Shown one piece after another: positions 20,795 to 28,005 of a stretch of DNA of 39,649 nucleotides. Under the pieces are notes generated by a model. That model ran no database searches. It was not told where the DNA came from and saw nothing but the letters and a program-made list of their open reading frames with translations. The stretch comes from an uncultured Actinomycetes bacterium (GTDB taxonomy: Bacteria > Actinomycetota > Acidimicrobiia > Acidimicrobiales > Acidimicrobilacustridaceae). Every line of letters begins with the position of its first letter. The first letter of the stretch is position 1. Where the stretch lies: the NCBI GenBank assembly GCA_945957335.1, contig CAMFLJ010000001.1:1-39649 (forward strand), written 5' to 3'. The position numbers were made by a program, and so were the translations under genes.

Positions 20795-21366
20795 TCACCG
20801 GGCCCCGGGGCGCCTGGCGCGCGGTGCTGGTCGCCCTGGCGGCCGGGTTGCTCGCCGCCGGGTGCTCCTCGGCCTCCACCGCCGACCGCGCCGACACCCC
20901 CGCGTCCGAGGCGGCGTCGGCCACCTCGCCCTCGACCGATCCCTCGGGCACCACCCTGGTGGCGCCCGAGGGCTTCCCCGCCGGCACGCTCACCGTGACG
21001 CGCCCCGACGGCTCCGTCGAGGAGCTGCGCGTGCACGTCGCCGACACGCCGGCCCTGCGCCAGCGGGGGCTGATGGCCGTCACCGACCCCGGCCTCGGCG
21101 GCCGCGACGCCATGGTGTTCGTGTTCGCGGGCGACTCGACCTCGGCCTTCTGGATGAAGGACACGCTCCTGCCCCTGTCCATCGCGTGGTTCCGGGCCGA
21201 CGGCACCTACGTCGACCAGGCCGACATGGACCCGTGCCCGGCCGGCACCCAGTGCCCCACGTTCGGGGCCTCCGGGGCCTACCGCTACGCCATCGAGGTG
21301 CCCCTCGGCGGGCTCGAGGCCCTGGGCCTCGTCGAGGGCTCGACCATCGCCCTCACCACGGGCTGA
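20791..21366 (+). CDS. DUF192-family lipoprotein
   Basis: Lipobox 'LLAAGC', and DUF192-like 'RQRGLM...FWMKDTLLPLSIAWF'. The GTG overlaps the panB stop. Confidence 0.75.
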
Positions 21367-21376
21367 CGCGCCGCCG

Positions 21377-21459
21377 CTTGGGATCCGCGGGCCGCGTCCG
21401 GTAGGGTCGCCCGGTCAATTGAAGCCCTGCCCCGTGCGTACGGGGCCCCGGATCCCAAG
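21377..21459 (+). ncRNA. Candidate rpsF 5'-leader structure (possible S6:S18 autoregulatory element)
   Basis: 11-bp perfect outer stem CTTGGGATCCG (21377-21387) / CGGATCCCAAG (21449-21459). It encloses an inner hairpin GCCCCG-tgcgta-CGGGGC (21429-21446) and ends 33 nt before the rpsF ATG. Confidence 0.45.
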
Positions 21460-21491
21460 GGGATCGGGTCCAGAGGGAGGTGATGCGCTCC

Positions 21492-21824
21492 ATGCGGGCG
21501 TATGAACTCATGATCATCTTCGACGGCGACGTCGAGGACACCGCAGTCAACGAGCATCTCGCGAACGTGAACCGCCTGGTCGAGGCCGGCGGTGGCACCG
21601 TGGCGAAGACCGACCGTTGGGGTCGTCGCCGGTTCGCCTACGAGATCAACCACAAGTGGGAAGGCATCTACGTCGTCCTCGAGATCGCGACCGAGGGTCG
21701 TGACCTCTCCGAGGTCGAGCGCGTCCTCCACCTCGCGGACGACGTCGTCCGCCACAAGACGATCCGCCTGCCCGAGGCCGAAGCCACCCGTCGTGGCCTC
21801 CTCGGCGAGGCGACCCCGGCGTAG
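21492..21824 (+). CDS. rpsF: 30S ribosomal protein S6
   Basis: 'MRAYELMIIFDGDV...WGRRRFAYEI'. GAGGGAGG lies 11 nt upstream of ATG 21492. Confidence 0.93.
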   Translation: MRAYELMIIFDGDVEDTAVNEHLANVNRLVEAGGGTVAKTDRWGRRRFAYEINHKWEGIYVVLEIATEGRDLSEVERVLHLADDVVRHKTIRLPEAEATRRGLLGEATPA

Positions 21825-21848
21825 CCGGGCAACCCAGGGAGATCCGAG

Positions 21849-22322
21849 ATGGCACCTGGCAACAGCGTCACCCTCGTCGGCAACTGCACCCGTGACCCGG
21901 AGCTCCGGTTCACGTCGAGCGGTCAGGCGGTGGCCACCTTCGGCCTCGCCGTGAACCGTCGCTGGCAGAACCGACAGACCAACGAGTGGGAAGAGGCGGT
22001 CTCGTTCTTCGACGTCACCTGCTGGCAGCAGATGGCCGAGAACGTGGCCGAGTCGATCACCAAGGGCAGCCGAGTGGTCGTCACCGGCCGCCTCGACCAG
22101 CGGTCCTGGGAGACCCAGGACGGCGACAAGCGGTCGAAGGTCGAGATCGTCGCCGACGAGATCGGCCCCAGCCTGCGCTACGCCACCGCACAGGTGGTCC
22201 GCAACGAGCGCCGCGACGGCTTCGACGGCGGTGGCAGCGGTGGTGGCGGCAACGCCCCCGCCCAGCGCCCCGTCCCGAACGAGCCGCCGGCCGGGTACGA
22301 CATGGATGAGGAGCCGTTCTGA
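21849..22322 (+). CDS. ssb: Single-stranded DNA-binding protein
   Basis: OB-fold N-terminus '[19 protein letters not shown]', Gly-rich linker, acidic tip 'DMDEEPF'. Confidence 0.95.
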   Translation: MAPGNSVTLVGNCTRDPELRFTSSGQAVATFGLAVNRRWQNRQTNEWEEAVSFFDVTCWQQMAENVAESITKGSRVVVTGRLDQRSWETQDGDKRSKVEIVADEIGPSLRYATAQVVRNERRDGFDGGGSGGGGNAPAQRPVPNEPPAGYDMDEEPF

Positions 22323-22762
22323 TGGCCAAGGCAGCACCGAAGCGCGGGAAGAACAAGGACAACGCGCGTCGCAGCAAGAAGAAGATCAGCGTCCTGACGC
22401 AGGAGAAGGTCGAGTACGTCGACTACAAGGACGTGAACCTGCTCCGCCGGTTCATGTCCGACCGCGCCAAGATCCGCGCCCGTCGCGTCACCGGCAACGA
22501 CTCGCAGCAGCAGAAGGAGATCGCCCGGGCGATCAAGAACGCCCGTGAGATGGCGCTGCTGCCCTACACCAACCGGGTCACGACCCAGCGTGGTGGCGGT
22601 CGTGATCGTGGCGACCGCGGTGATCGTGGCGACCGCGGCGATCGCGGGCCGCGTCGTGACGCCGACCTCGAGGCTCCGGCCACCGAGGTGACGGAGACCG
22701 ACGCCGTGACCACCGAGGTCGAGGAGACCACGGAGGTCGAGGTCGTGGAGGTGGCCGAGTGA
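22322..22762 (+). CDS. rpsR: 30S ribosomal protein S18 with ~60-aa C-terminal extension
   Basis: S18 core '[26 protein letters not shown]...[13 protein letters not shown]'. Followed by (DRG)n repeats and an acidic T/E/V tail. The ATG overlaps the ssb stop, and the gene's stop overlaps the rplI start. Confidence 0.9.
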   Translation: MAKAAPKRGKNKDNARRSKKKISVLTQEKVEYVDYKDVNLLRRFMSDRAKIRARRVTGNDSQQQKEIARAIKNAREMALLPYTNRVTTQRGGGRDRGDRGDRGDRGDRGPRRDADLEAPATEVTETDAVTTEVEETTEVEVVEVAE

Positions 22763-23205
22763 AGCTCCTGCTCCGTTCCGACGTCGAGGGCGTGGGCAAG
22801 CGCGGCGACATCGTCGAGGTCGCCGACGGCTACGGCCGCAACTACCTCGTCCCCAAGGGCTTCGCCATCGCGGCGTCGCCCGGCGTGGCCGCCCAGGCCG
22901 AGTCCATGCGCCGCTCCCGTGACCTCAAGGACGCCCAGGACCGGGCGGCCGCCGAGGAGATCGCCAAGCAGCTCGTCCCCGCGGTCATCACCGTGACCTC
23001 GAGGGCCAGCGGCGAGGGCAAGCTCTTCGGCTCGGTCACCACCACCGAGGTGCTCGAGGCGGTGAAGGCCCAGACCGGCATCGAGCTCGATCGCAAGGCC
23101 ATCCACCTCGACGAGGCGATCAAGACCACCGGCACCCACCACGTGGCCGCCAAGCTGCACTCCGACGTGCAGTTCCAGATCACCGTCGAGGTCAGCGCCA
23201 GCTGA
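22759..23205 (+). CDS. rplI: 50S ribosomal protein L9
   Basis: '[34 protein letters not shown]'. Confidence 0.95.
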   Translation: MKLLLRSDVEGVGKRGDIVEVADGYGRNYLVPKGFAIAASPGVAAQAESMRRSRDLKDAQDRAAAEEIAKQLVPAVITVTSRASGEGKLFGSVTTTEVLEAVKAQTGIELDRKAIHLDEAIKTTGTHHVAAKLHSDVQFQITVEVSAS

Positions 23206-23250
23206 TCCCACCGCCGGCTCCGGCCGGCACGGTGCTCGACAGTTCCATCG

Positions 23251-23276
23251 CGAGGGGCCGCTGCGGCGGCCCCTCG
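23251..23276 (+). terminator. 11-bp perfect hairpin after rplI
   Basis: CGAGGGGCCGC-tgcg-GCGGCCCCTCG, 46 nt after the rplI stop. No U-tract. Confidence 0.55.
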
Positions 23277-23407
23277 GCGCGTCCCGGCCCGGTGTCGTGG
23301 AGGTGGCCCCCGGGTGTCATTGCGGTGACAACGGTCACAATGGCCCTGACCTGCGGTGATGCCCGCCCGACGCTGCGTGGCGGATCGAGCGGCTCGTCCG
23401 ACACTGC

Positions 23408-23532
23408 TTGTCCACAGTTGCACCACCGTGCGCTGTCACACCCCCTGCGTAGGGTCGTCCCCATGGCGCACAAGGGTTCGGCCCACACGCTTCGTTCCAC
23501 AGGCCACGGGGGTTGTCCACACCCCGTCCACA
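23408..23532 (+). promoter_or_regulatory. Cluster of DnaA boxes upstream of dnaB
   Basis: TTGTCCACA at 23408-23416 and 23513-23521 (both perfect actinobacterial consensus). CCGTCCACA at 23524-23532 (7/9). Weak CGTTCCACA at 23493-23501 (6/9). All are in the same orientation. Confidence 0.6.
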
Positions 23533-23605
23533 GGGGTTTCCGCAGCAGAAACCGGGGTTGTTCCCCTACCGATCCCCAGGGCCGCGCGGCGACAGTGGTG
23601 GGGCC

Positions 23606-24973
23606 ATGAGCTTCACCGACGACGAGCCCCGCACCTCCCGGCCCCAGGGCGCCGGCCGGGTGCCTCCGCACAACCTCCAGGCCGAGGAGTCGCTCCTCGG
23701 GGCCATGCTCCTGTCCAAGGACGCCATCGCGGTCGCGTCCGAGATCCTCGACGCCGAGAACTTCTACAAGCCGGCGCACGGCCACATCTTCGAGGCCATC
23801 ACCTCGCTGTCGGCCGCGGGCGAGCCGGCCGACCCGGTCACCGTCGCCGAGGAGCTGCGCCGTGCCGGCCTCCTCGACGCCATCGGCGGCCCCGCCACCC
23901 TCGTCACCCTCCAGGCCAGCACCCCGGCCATCTCCAACGCCTCGCGCTACGCCCGCATCATCGAGGAGCACGCCCTGCTGCGGCGCCTCATCGGCGTGGC
24001 CGGCGAGATCGCCGAGATGAGCTACGACCTGCCCGAGGACGTCACCAAGACGGTCGACCAGGCCGAGTCGCTCGTGTTCGAGGTCGCCCAGCGCCGCGTC
24101 ACCGACACCATGGCGCCGATCCACGACCTCCTGAACGACAACCTCGACCGGCTCGAGTCGCTCTACGACAAAGGCGATGCCATCACCGGCACGCCCACCG
24201 GCTTCCTCGACCTCGACGAGCTGCTGTCGGGGCTGCAGCCCAACGCCCTCTACGTGCTCGGCGCCCGCCCCTCGATGGGCAAGACCGCGCTGGCCCTCGG
24301 CGTGGCCGGCAACGCCGCCATCGAGGCCCAGCGCCCGGTGCTGGTGTTCTCCCTCGAGATGGGCCAGCTCGAGCTCACCCAGAGAATGCTGTGCTCCGAG
24401 GCGCGGGTCGACTCCAAGCGGGTGCGCAACGGCAACCTCAGCGAGAGCGACTGGGGCAAGATCGCCCACGCCACCGGCCGCCTGGCCGAGGCGCCGATCT
24501 GGATCGACGACAACCCCAACCTCACGATCATGGAGATCCGGTCGAAGGCCCGCCGGCTCAAGAGCCGCCTGGGCGACCTCGGCCTGGTGGTCGTCGACTA
24601 CCTCCAGCTGATGACCGGCCGCTCCAACGCCGAGAACCGCCAGGTCGAGGTGTCGGAGATCTCCCGAGGCCTCAAGATCCTCGCTCGCGAGCTCGAGTGC
24701 CCGGTGCTGGCGCTCTCGCAGCTCTCCCGCCAGCTCGAGATGAGGGCCGACAAGCGCCCGATGCTCGCCGACCTGCGTGAGTCGGGCTCGATCGAGCAGG
24801 ACGCCGACGTCGTGATGTTCATCTACCGCGACGACGTCTACAACCCCGACTCTCCCGACCGCGGCACCGCCGAGATCCTGGTGAGCAAGCACCGAAACGG
24901 CCCCACGGGAATGGTGCGCCTGGCGTTCCTCGACCACTACACGAAGTTCGCCAACATGGCCCGCGGGGCGTAG
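23606..24973 (+). CDS. dnaB: Replicative DNA helicase DnaB (no intein)
   Basis: 'PPHNLQAEESLLGAMLL', Walker A 'GARPSMGKTALAL', 'VVVDYLQLM', 'ALSQLSR'. 455 aa from ATG 23606. Confidence 0.95.
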   Translation: MSFTDDEPRTSRPQGAGRVPPHNLQAEESLLGAMLLSKDAIAVASEILDAENFYKPAHGHIFEAITSLSAAGEPADPVTVAEELRRAGLLDAIGGPATLVTLQASTPAISNASRYARIIEEHALLRRLIGVAGEIAEMSYDLPEDVTKTVDQAESLVFEVAQRRVTDTMAPIHDLLNDNLDRLESLYDKGDAITGTPTGFLDLDELLSGLQPNALYVLGARPSMGKTALALGVAGNAAIEAQRPVLVFSLEMGQLELTQRMLCSEARVDSKRVRNGNLSESDWGKIAHATGRLAEAPIWIDDNPNLTIMEIRSKARRLKSRLGDLGLVVVDYLQLMTGRSNAENRQVEVSEISRGLKILARELECPVLALSQLSRQLEMRADKRPMLADLRESGSIEQDADVVMFIYRDDVYNPDSPDRGTAEILVSKHRNGPTGMVRLAFLDHYTKFANMARGA

Positions 24974-25000
24974 CCGGCCCGATCGTGCGATCCTGGCGAG

Positions 25001-25696
25001 GTGATCCTCGGCGGGGTCGTCTTCGACGGTGGGAGCGGCGCGCAGCTCGTAGCGATGGTGGCGGTGATGGCCTCGGCCCTGCTGCTTCCGGTCGGCGCGT
25101 TGCTGGTCGTGTCCGGTGGTGGCCGTCGCGGTGTCGGGGTGGCGTTGATGGTGCCCTTCGTGGTCGCCCTGCTCGCCTACCTGCAGACCAGCTCCGACAA
25201 CGCCACGGCGTTCAAGGAGACGTCCGATGCCGCGCAGGCCCGGCGAGACGCCTACATCGACGGGCTCGGGTTCACCGTGCACGCCCCCTCCGACGCCACC
25301 CGTGACAGCGTGCGCGTCGATCCCGCGGCGAGCCCTCCGGAGGTCCGGGTCGTGGTGCCGGTCGAGGGCACCCAGTACGGACGTGAGGTCGTGGAGGCGA
25401 TGGTGTCGCCGAACTGGTTCGCGACCGACGCGTGGCTGAGCGCTCCGGCCTGCGACCCCCTGTCACCCATCGGCCTCTCCACCTGGATGGCGCTCGACGG
25501 GTGCGAGGTGGTGGGCCAGCTAAACGACGGGACACCGGTCGCCGTCGTCCCGACGAACCTGCCCGACGTCGAGGTGGTTGTCAGCCACCGTGGTTCCACC
25601 CTGCTGGTGATGGTGCTCGACCAGGGTGTGTCGCCCGGTGCCTCGATCGCCGCACTCGACACGCTCGGGCCCATCGACCTCCACAGCCTCTCGTGA
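25001..25696 (+). CDS. Hypothetical membrane-anchored protein
   Basis: Two N-terminal hydrophobic segments followed by a ~160-aa soluble part. High GC3. No recognisable motifs. Confidence 0.5.
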   Translation: MILGGVVFDGGSGAQLVAMVAVMASALLLPVGALLVVSGGGRRGVGVALMVPFVVALLAYLQTSSDNATAFKETSDAAQARRDAYIDGLGFTVHAPSDATRDSVRVDPAASPPEVRVVVPVEGTQYGREVVEAMVSPNWFATDAWLSAPACDPLSPIGLSTWMALDGCEVVGQLNDGTPVAVVPTNLPDVEVVVSHRGSTLLVMVLDQGVSPGASIAALDTLGPIDLHSLS

Positions 25697-25751
25697 GCGT
25701 TGTGACCACGACGATGGGAACCAGCCTGGCGACGTCGACGTCTGACCACCC

Positions 25752-26003
25752 ATGAGCCCTCGGTCCGACGTGAGCGTGCTGCGGCGGCGACGGGTCCGCC
25801 GGGCTGCCGGTTGGGTGCTGGCCCTCGTCCTCCTGGCGCTCGCCGTCGGGCTCCTGGTGATGATCTTCACGGGCAATGCCCCCGGGTCGTCACGCAGCTG
25901 CACGATGGAGGAGGTCATCGGGCCCGACGGGCGCGGGTACCACCACGACCCCCGGCGGGACTGCCGTCTCGTCGACCAGGACGGCAACGAGCTCGACGGC
26001 TGA
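25752..26003 (+). CDS. Hypothetical small single-pass membrane protein
   Basis: 83 aa. Arg-rich N-terminus, TM 'WVLALVLLALAVGLLVMIF', two Cys in the tail. High GC3. Confidence 0.4.
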   Translation: MSPRSDVSVLRRRRVRRAAGWVLALVLLALAVGLLVMIFTGNAPGSSRSCTMEEVIGPDGRGYHHDPRRDCRLVDQDGNELDG

Positions 26004-26004
26004 T

Positions 26005-26595
26005 CTACCGCAGCAGCTGGCGGAGCAGGTCTCGCGCCGGGGCGGTGATGCGCTCGACCTCGTCGGGGGTGGCGGGCCGGGATCCGGCGGACACCCAGGG
26101 GTCGCCGGGGCGCAGGCAGACGGTCAGCTCGGCCGGCTCGTGCCACGTGCACCGGATCACCGTGACCGTGCCCGGGACCTGGCGGCTGTCGTGGAGGTCG
26201 GCGGCGGCGTGCGCGTACGACTCGCCGGCCCGCAGGACGCGGGGAGAGCCGACCAGGCGCACCTCGTCGACGGTGCGCTCGTCCTCGGCGCCCAGCCGGT
26301 AGCGCTCCCGCTGGAAGACCTCGCCGTCGAGGTGCTCGGCCCACGTGGTGTCGGTGAGCTCGCCGGCGACGACGGTGGACGTGAACTCGTAGGGGTGGTC
26401 GTGCACCGGCGGGTGCTCGGGTGCGGTGGCCGGGTCCCAGACGTGGAGGCGGCGCTCGCCGCGGTCGTCGAGGCGGAGCGACAGCAGCCCGATGCCCTGC
26501 ACCTTCCACGGGTGGACATGGGGGTCGGCGAGGACGGCCAGCGCGTCGCGGCGGTCGAGCGCCGCCGCCTCGTCGCGGTCCGCCGCCGACGCCAT
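26005..26595 (-). CDS. Hypothetical protein, possibly cupin-like metalloprotein
   Basis: Start at ATG 26595 ('MASAADRD') overlaps the upstream stop. 'VHDHPYEFTSTVVAGEL' resembles cupin motif 1. Confidence 0.5.
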   Translation of the reverse strand: MASAADRDEAAALDRRDALAVLADPHVHPWKVQGIGLLSLRLDDRGERRLHVWDPATAPEHPPVHDHPYEFTSTVVAGELTDTTWAEHLDGEVFQRERYRLGAEDERTVDEVRLVGSPRVLRAGESYAHAAADLHDSRQVPGTVTVIRCTWHEPAELTVCLRPGDPWVSAGSRPATPDEVERITAPARDLLRQLLR

Positions 26596-27014
26596 CAGCC
26601 GAACTGGAGCAGCTCGAAGGGCACGCCGCCGGCGATCACCTCGGTGAGCCACATCGGCCCGCCGTGCATGGTGGTGCTCTCGAGCGGGCCTCGAACCTCG
26701 AACCCGGCGTCGGTGGCCTTCGTGGCCGCAGCAGCGGCGTCGCGGGAGAGAACGGCCAGCAGCCGCAGCCCGGGCTGCACCGAGCCCTTCAGGTGCTCGG
26801 GGATCTGCAGCAGGTCGAGGGCGCCGGGGCTCTCGCCCACGAAGCACGCCCGCACCGGGCCGTCGAGCCCGGTCCAGCCGAAGAGCCGCTCGGCGATCTC
26901 GGGCGCCACGTCGTAGGGGCCGACCGGGCCGAGGCCGGCGACCTCGGTGCAGAGGCGCACGGCCTCGTCGATGTCGTCGGTGAGCACGACGGTGTGCGAC
27001 AGCGCCTTCGGCAT
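26595..27014 (-). CDS. VOC (glyoxalase/bleomycin-resistance/dioxygenase) family protein
   Basis: 'LSHTVVLTDDIDEAVRLCTEVAGL' and a beta-alpha-beta-beta-beta-type repeat pattern. Start chosen at ATG 27014. Confidence 0.65.
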   Translation of the reverse strand: MPKALSHTVVLTDDIDEAVRLCTEVAGLGPVGPYDVAPEIAERLFGWTGLDGPVRACFVGESPGALDLLQIPEHLKGSVQPGLRLLAVLSRDAAAAATKATDAGFEVRGPLESTTMHGGPMWLTEVIAGGVPFELLQFG

Positions 27015-27071
27015 CGGGACCCCCTGGTGAGCGAGCGCCCACGGTGCCACAACCGGAGGTGCCGGGACGCG

Positions 27072-27103
27072 CCGGGTGGCGGCCCCGAGGAGCCGCCACC
27101 CGG
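27072..27103. repeat. 12-bp perfect inverted repeat in divergent intergenic region
   Basis: CCGGGTGGCGGC-cccgagga-GCCGCCACCCGG. The arm shares CCGGGTGGCG with the head of the 128-bp element. Confidence 0.5.
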
Positions 27104-27348
27104 GCCGGCGGCAGGGGGGAGCTGCCGCGTCCTCGACGTCGTTGGGTGCTGCGTCAGCTCCTCACGGGTCGTCGTCCGCGCACACCGGACGGGCTCCGCC
27201 GCCCACCGGAACGACCTCTTCTCGCATCATAGTGACGTCCGTCACAGACCGCCGGGACGCTCGCCGCGGCGGTGAAAGCCCGGGTCGTCCTGGGCGCAGC
27301 GGGCACAATCGCTACAGCCCCGACCGCCCCCTGCCGAGGGAACCTTCC

Positions 27349-27951
27349 ATGGCCAGCGATCCGCCCATCCATCGCCCGTCGGTCCCCGTGACCATGCCGC
27401 ACTGCCCCGTCTGCGGCGTCGAGCTGCAGCTCGGCAGCTCGGGCTCGCTCGACCGTTGGAGCTGCACCGCGGGCCACGGCCTGGCCATGACGCTCTCGGA
27501 GTCCTACGAGCGCCTGCAGGAGGACGAGATCGGCCACCTCTGGGCGCTGGCCCGCGACGCCGCACCCGGCCCGCTGCCCAGCCCCTTCGACGGCGTGCAC
27601 ATGCGCCGCTTCTCGCTGCCCTACGACGCCGACGAGGTGCCCGAGGGCGAGGCCGGCGACGGCCCCGACGTGGGCACGGTCGAGATCGACGTCGACGTGG
27701 CCAACCAGTTCGTGTGGTTCGATGCCGGCGAGCTCGACGCGCTGCCGGCCGACCTGCCCGATCCCGAGCCCAGCGCCGCGGAGCTCGAGAAGGTCGCCGA
27801 GATCGCCGCCCAGTTCGGCGCCGGCATCGAGGCCGCGGCCGACGAGCGCGACGCCGACGACCTCTCCGAGCGCTTCTACCGCCGCGTGTCCCGCAACCCC
27901 GCGGCGCTGGCCACGCTCGACCGCGTCGGTCGCACCCTCACCGCCTACTGA
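27349..27951 (+). CDS. Zinc-ribbon protein (degenerate zf-TFIIB-like) with acidic C-terminal half
   Basis: 'CPVCGVEL...WSCTAGHG' and, further on, 'FVWFDAGELDAL'. Start at ATG 27349. Confidence 0.55.
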   Translation: MASDPPIHRPSVPVTMPHCPVCGVELQLGSSGSLDRWSCTAGHGLAMTLSESYERLQEDEIGHLWALARDAAPGPLPSPFDGVHMRRFSLPYDADEVPEGEAGDGPDVGTVEIDVDVANQFVWFDAGELDALPADLPDPEPSAAELEKVAEIAAQFGAGIEAAADERDADDLSERFYRRVSRNPAALATLDRVGRTLTAY

Positions 27952-28005
27952 CGGCGCCCGCCGGGCCGGGCGGTAGCTTGCCGGGCGAGCCGACCCGGGA
28001 GAGCC

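Noticed and set aside
23206-23605. Replication origin (oriC) between rplI and dnaB
   Set aside because: There are only 3-4 DnaA boxes, all in one orientation. There is no AT-rich unwinding element and no flanking dnaA or dnaN. The canonical oriC is expected beyond the left edge of the window, near dnaA.
23606-24973. Intein in DnaB (common in some actinobacteria)
   Set aside because: The protein is 455 aa with contiguous helicase motifs and no insertion.
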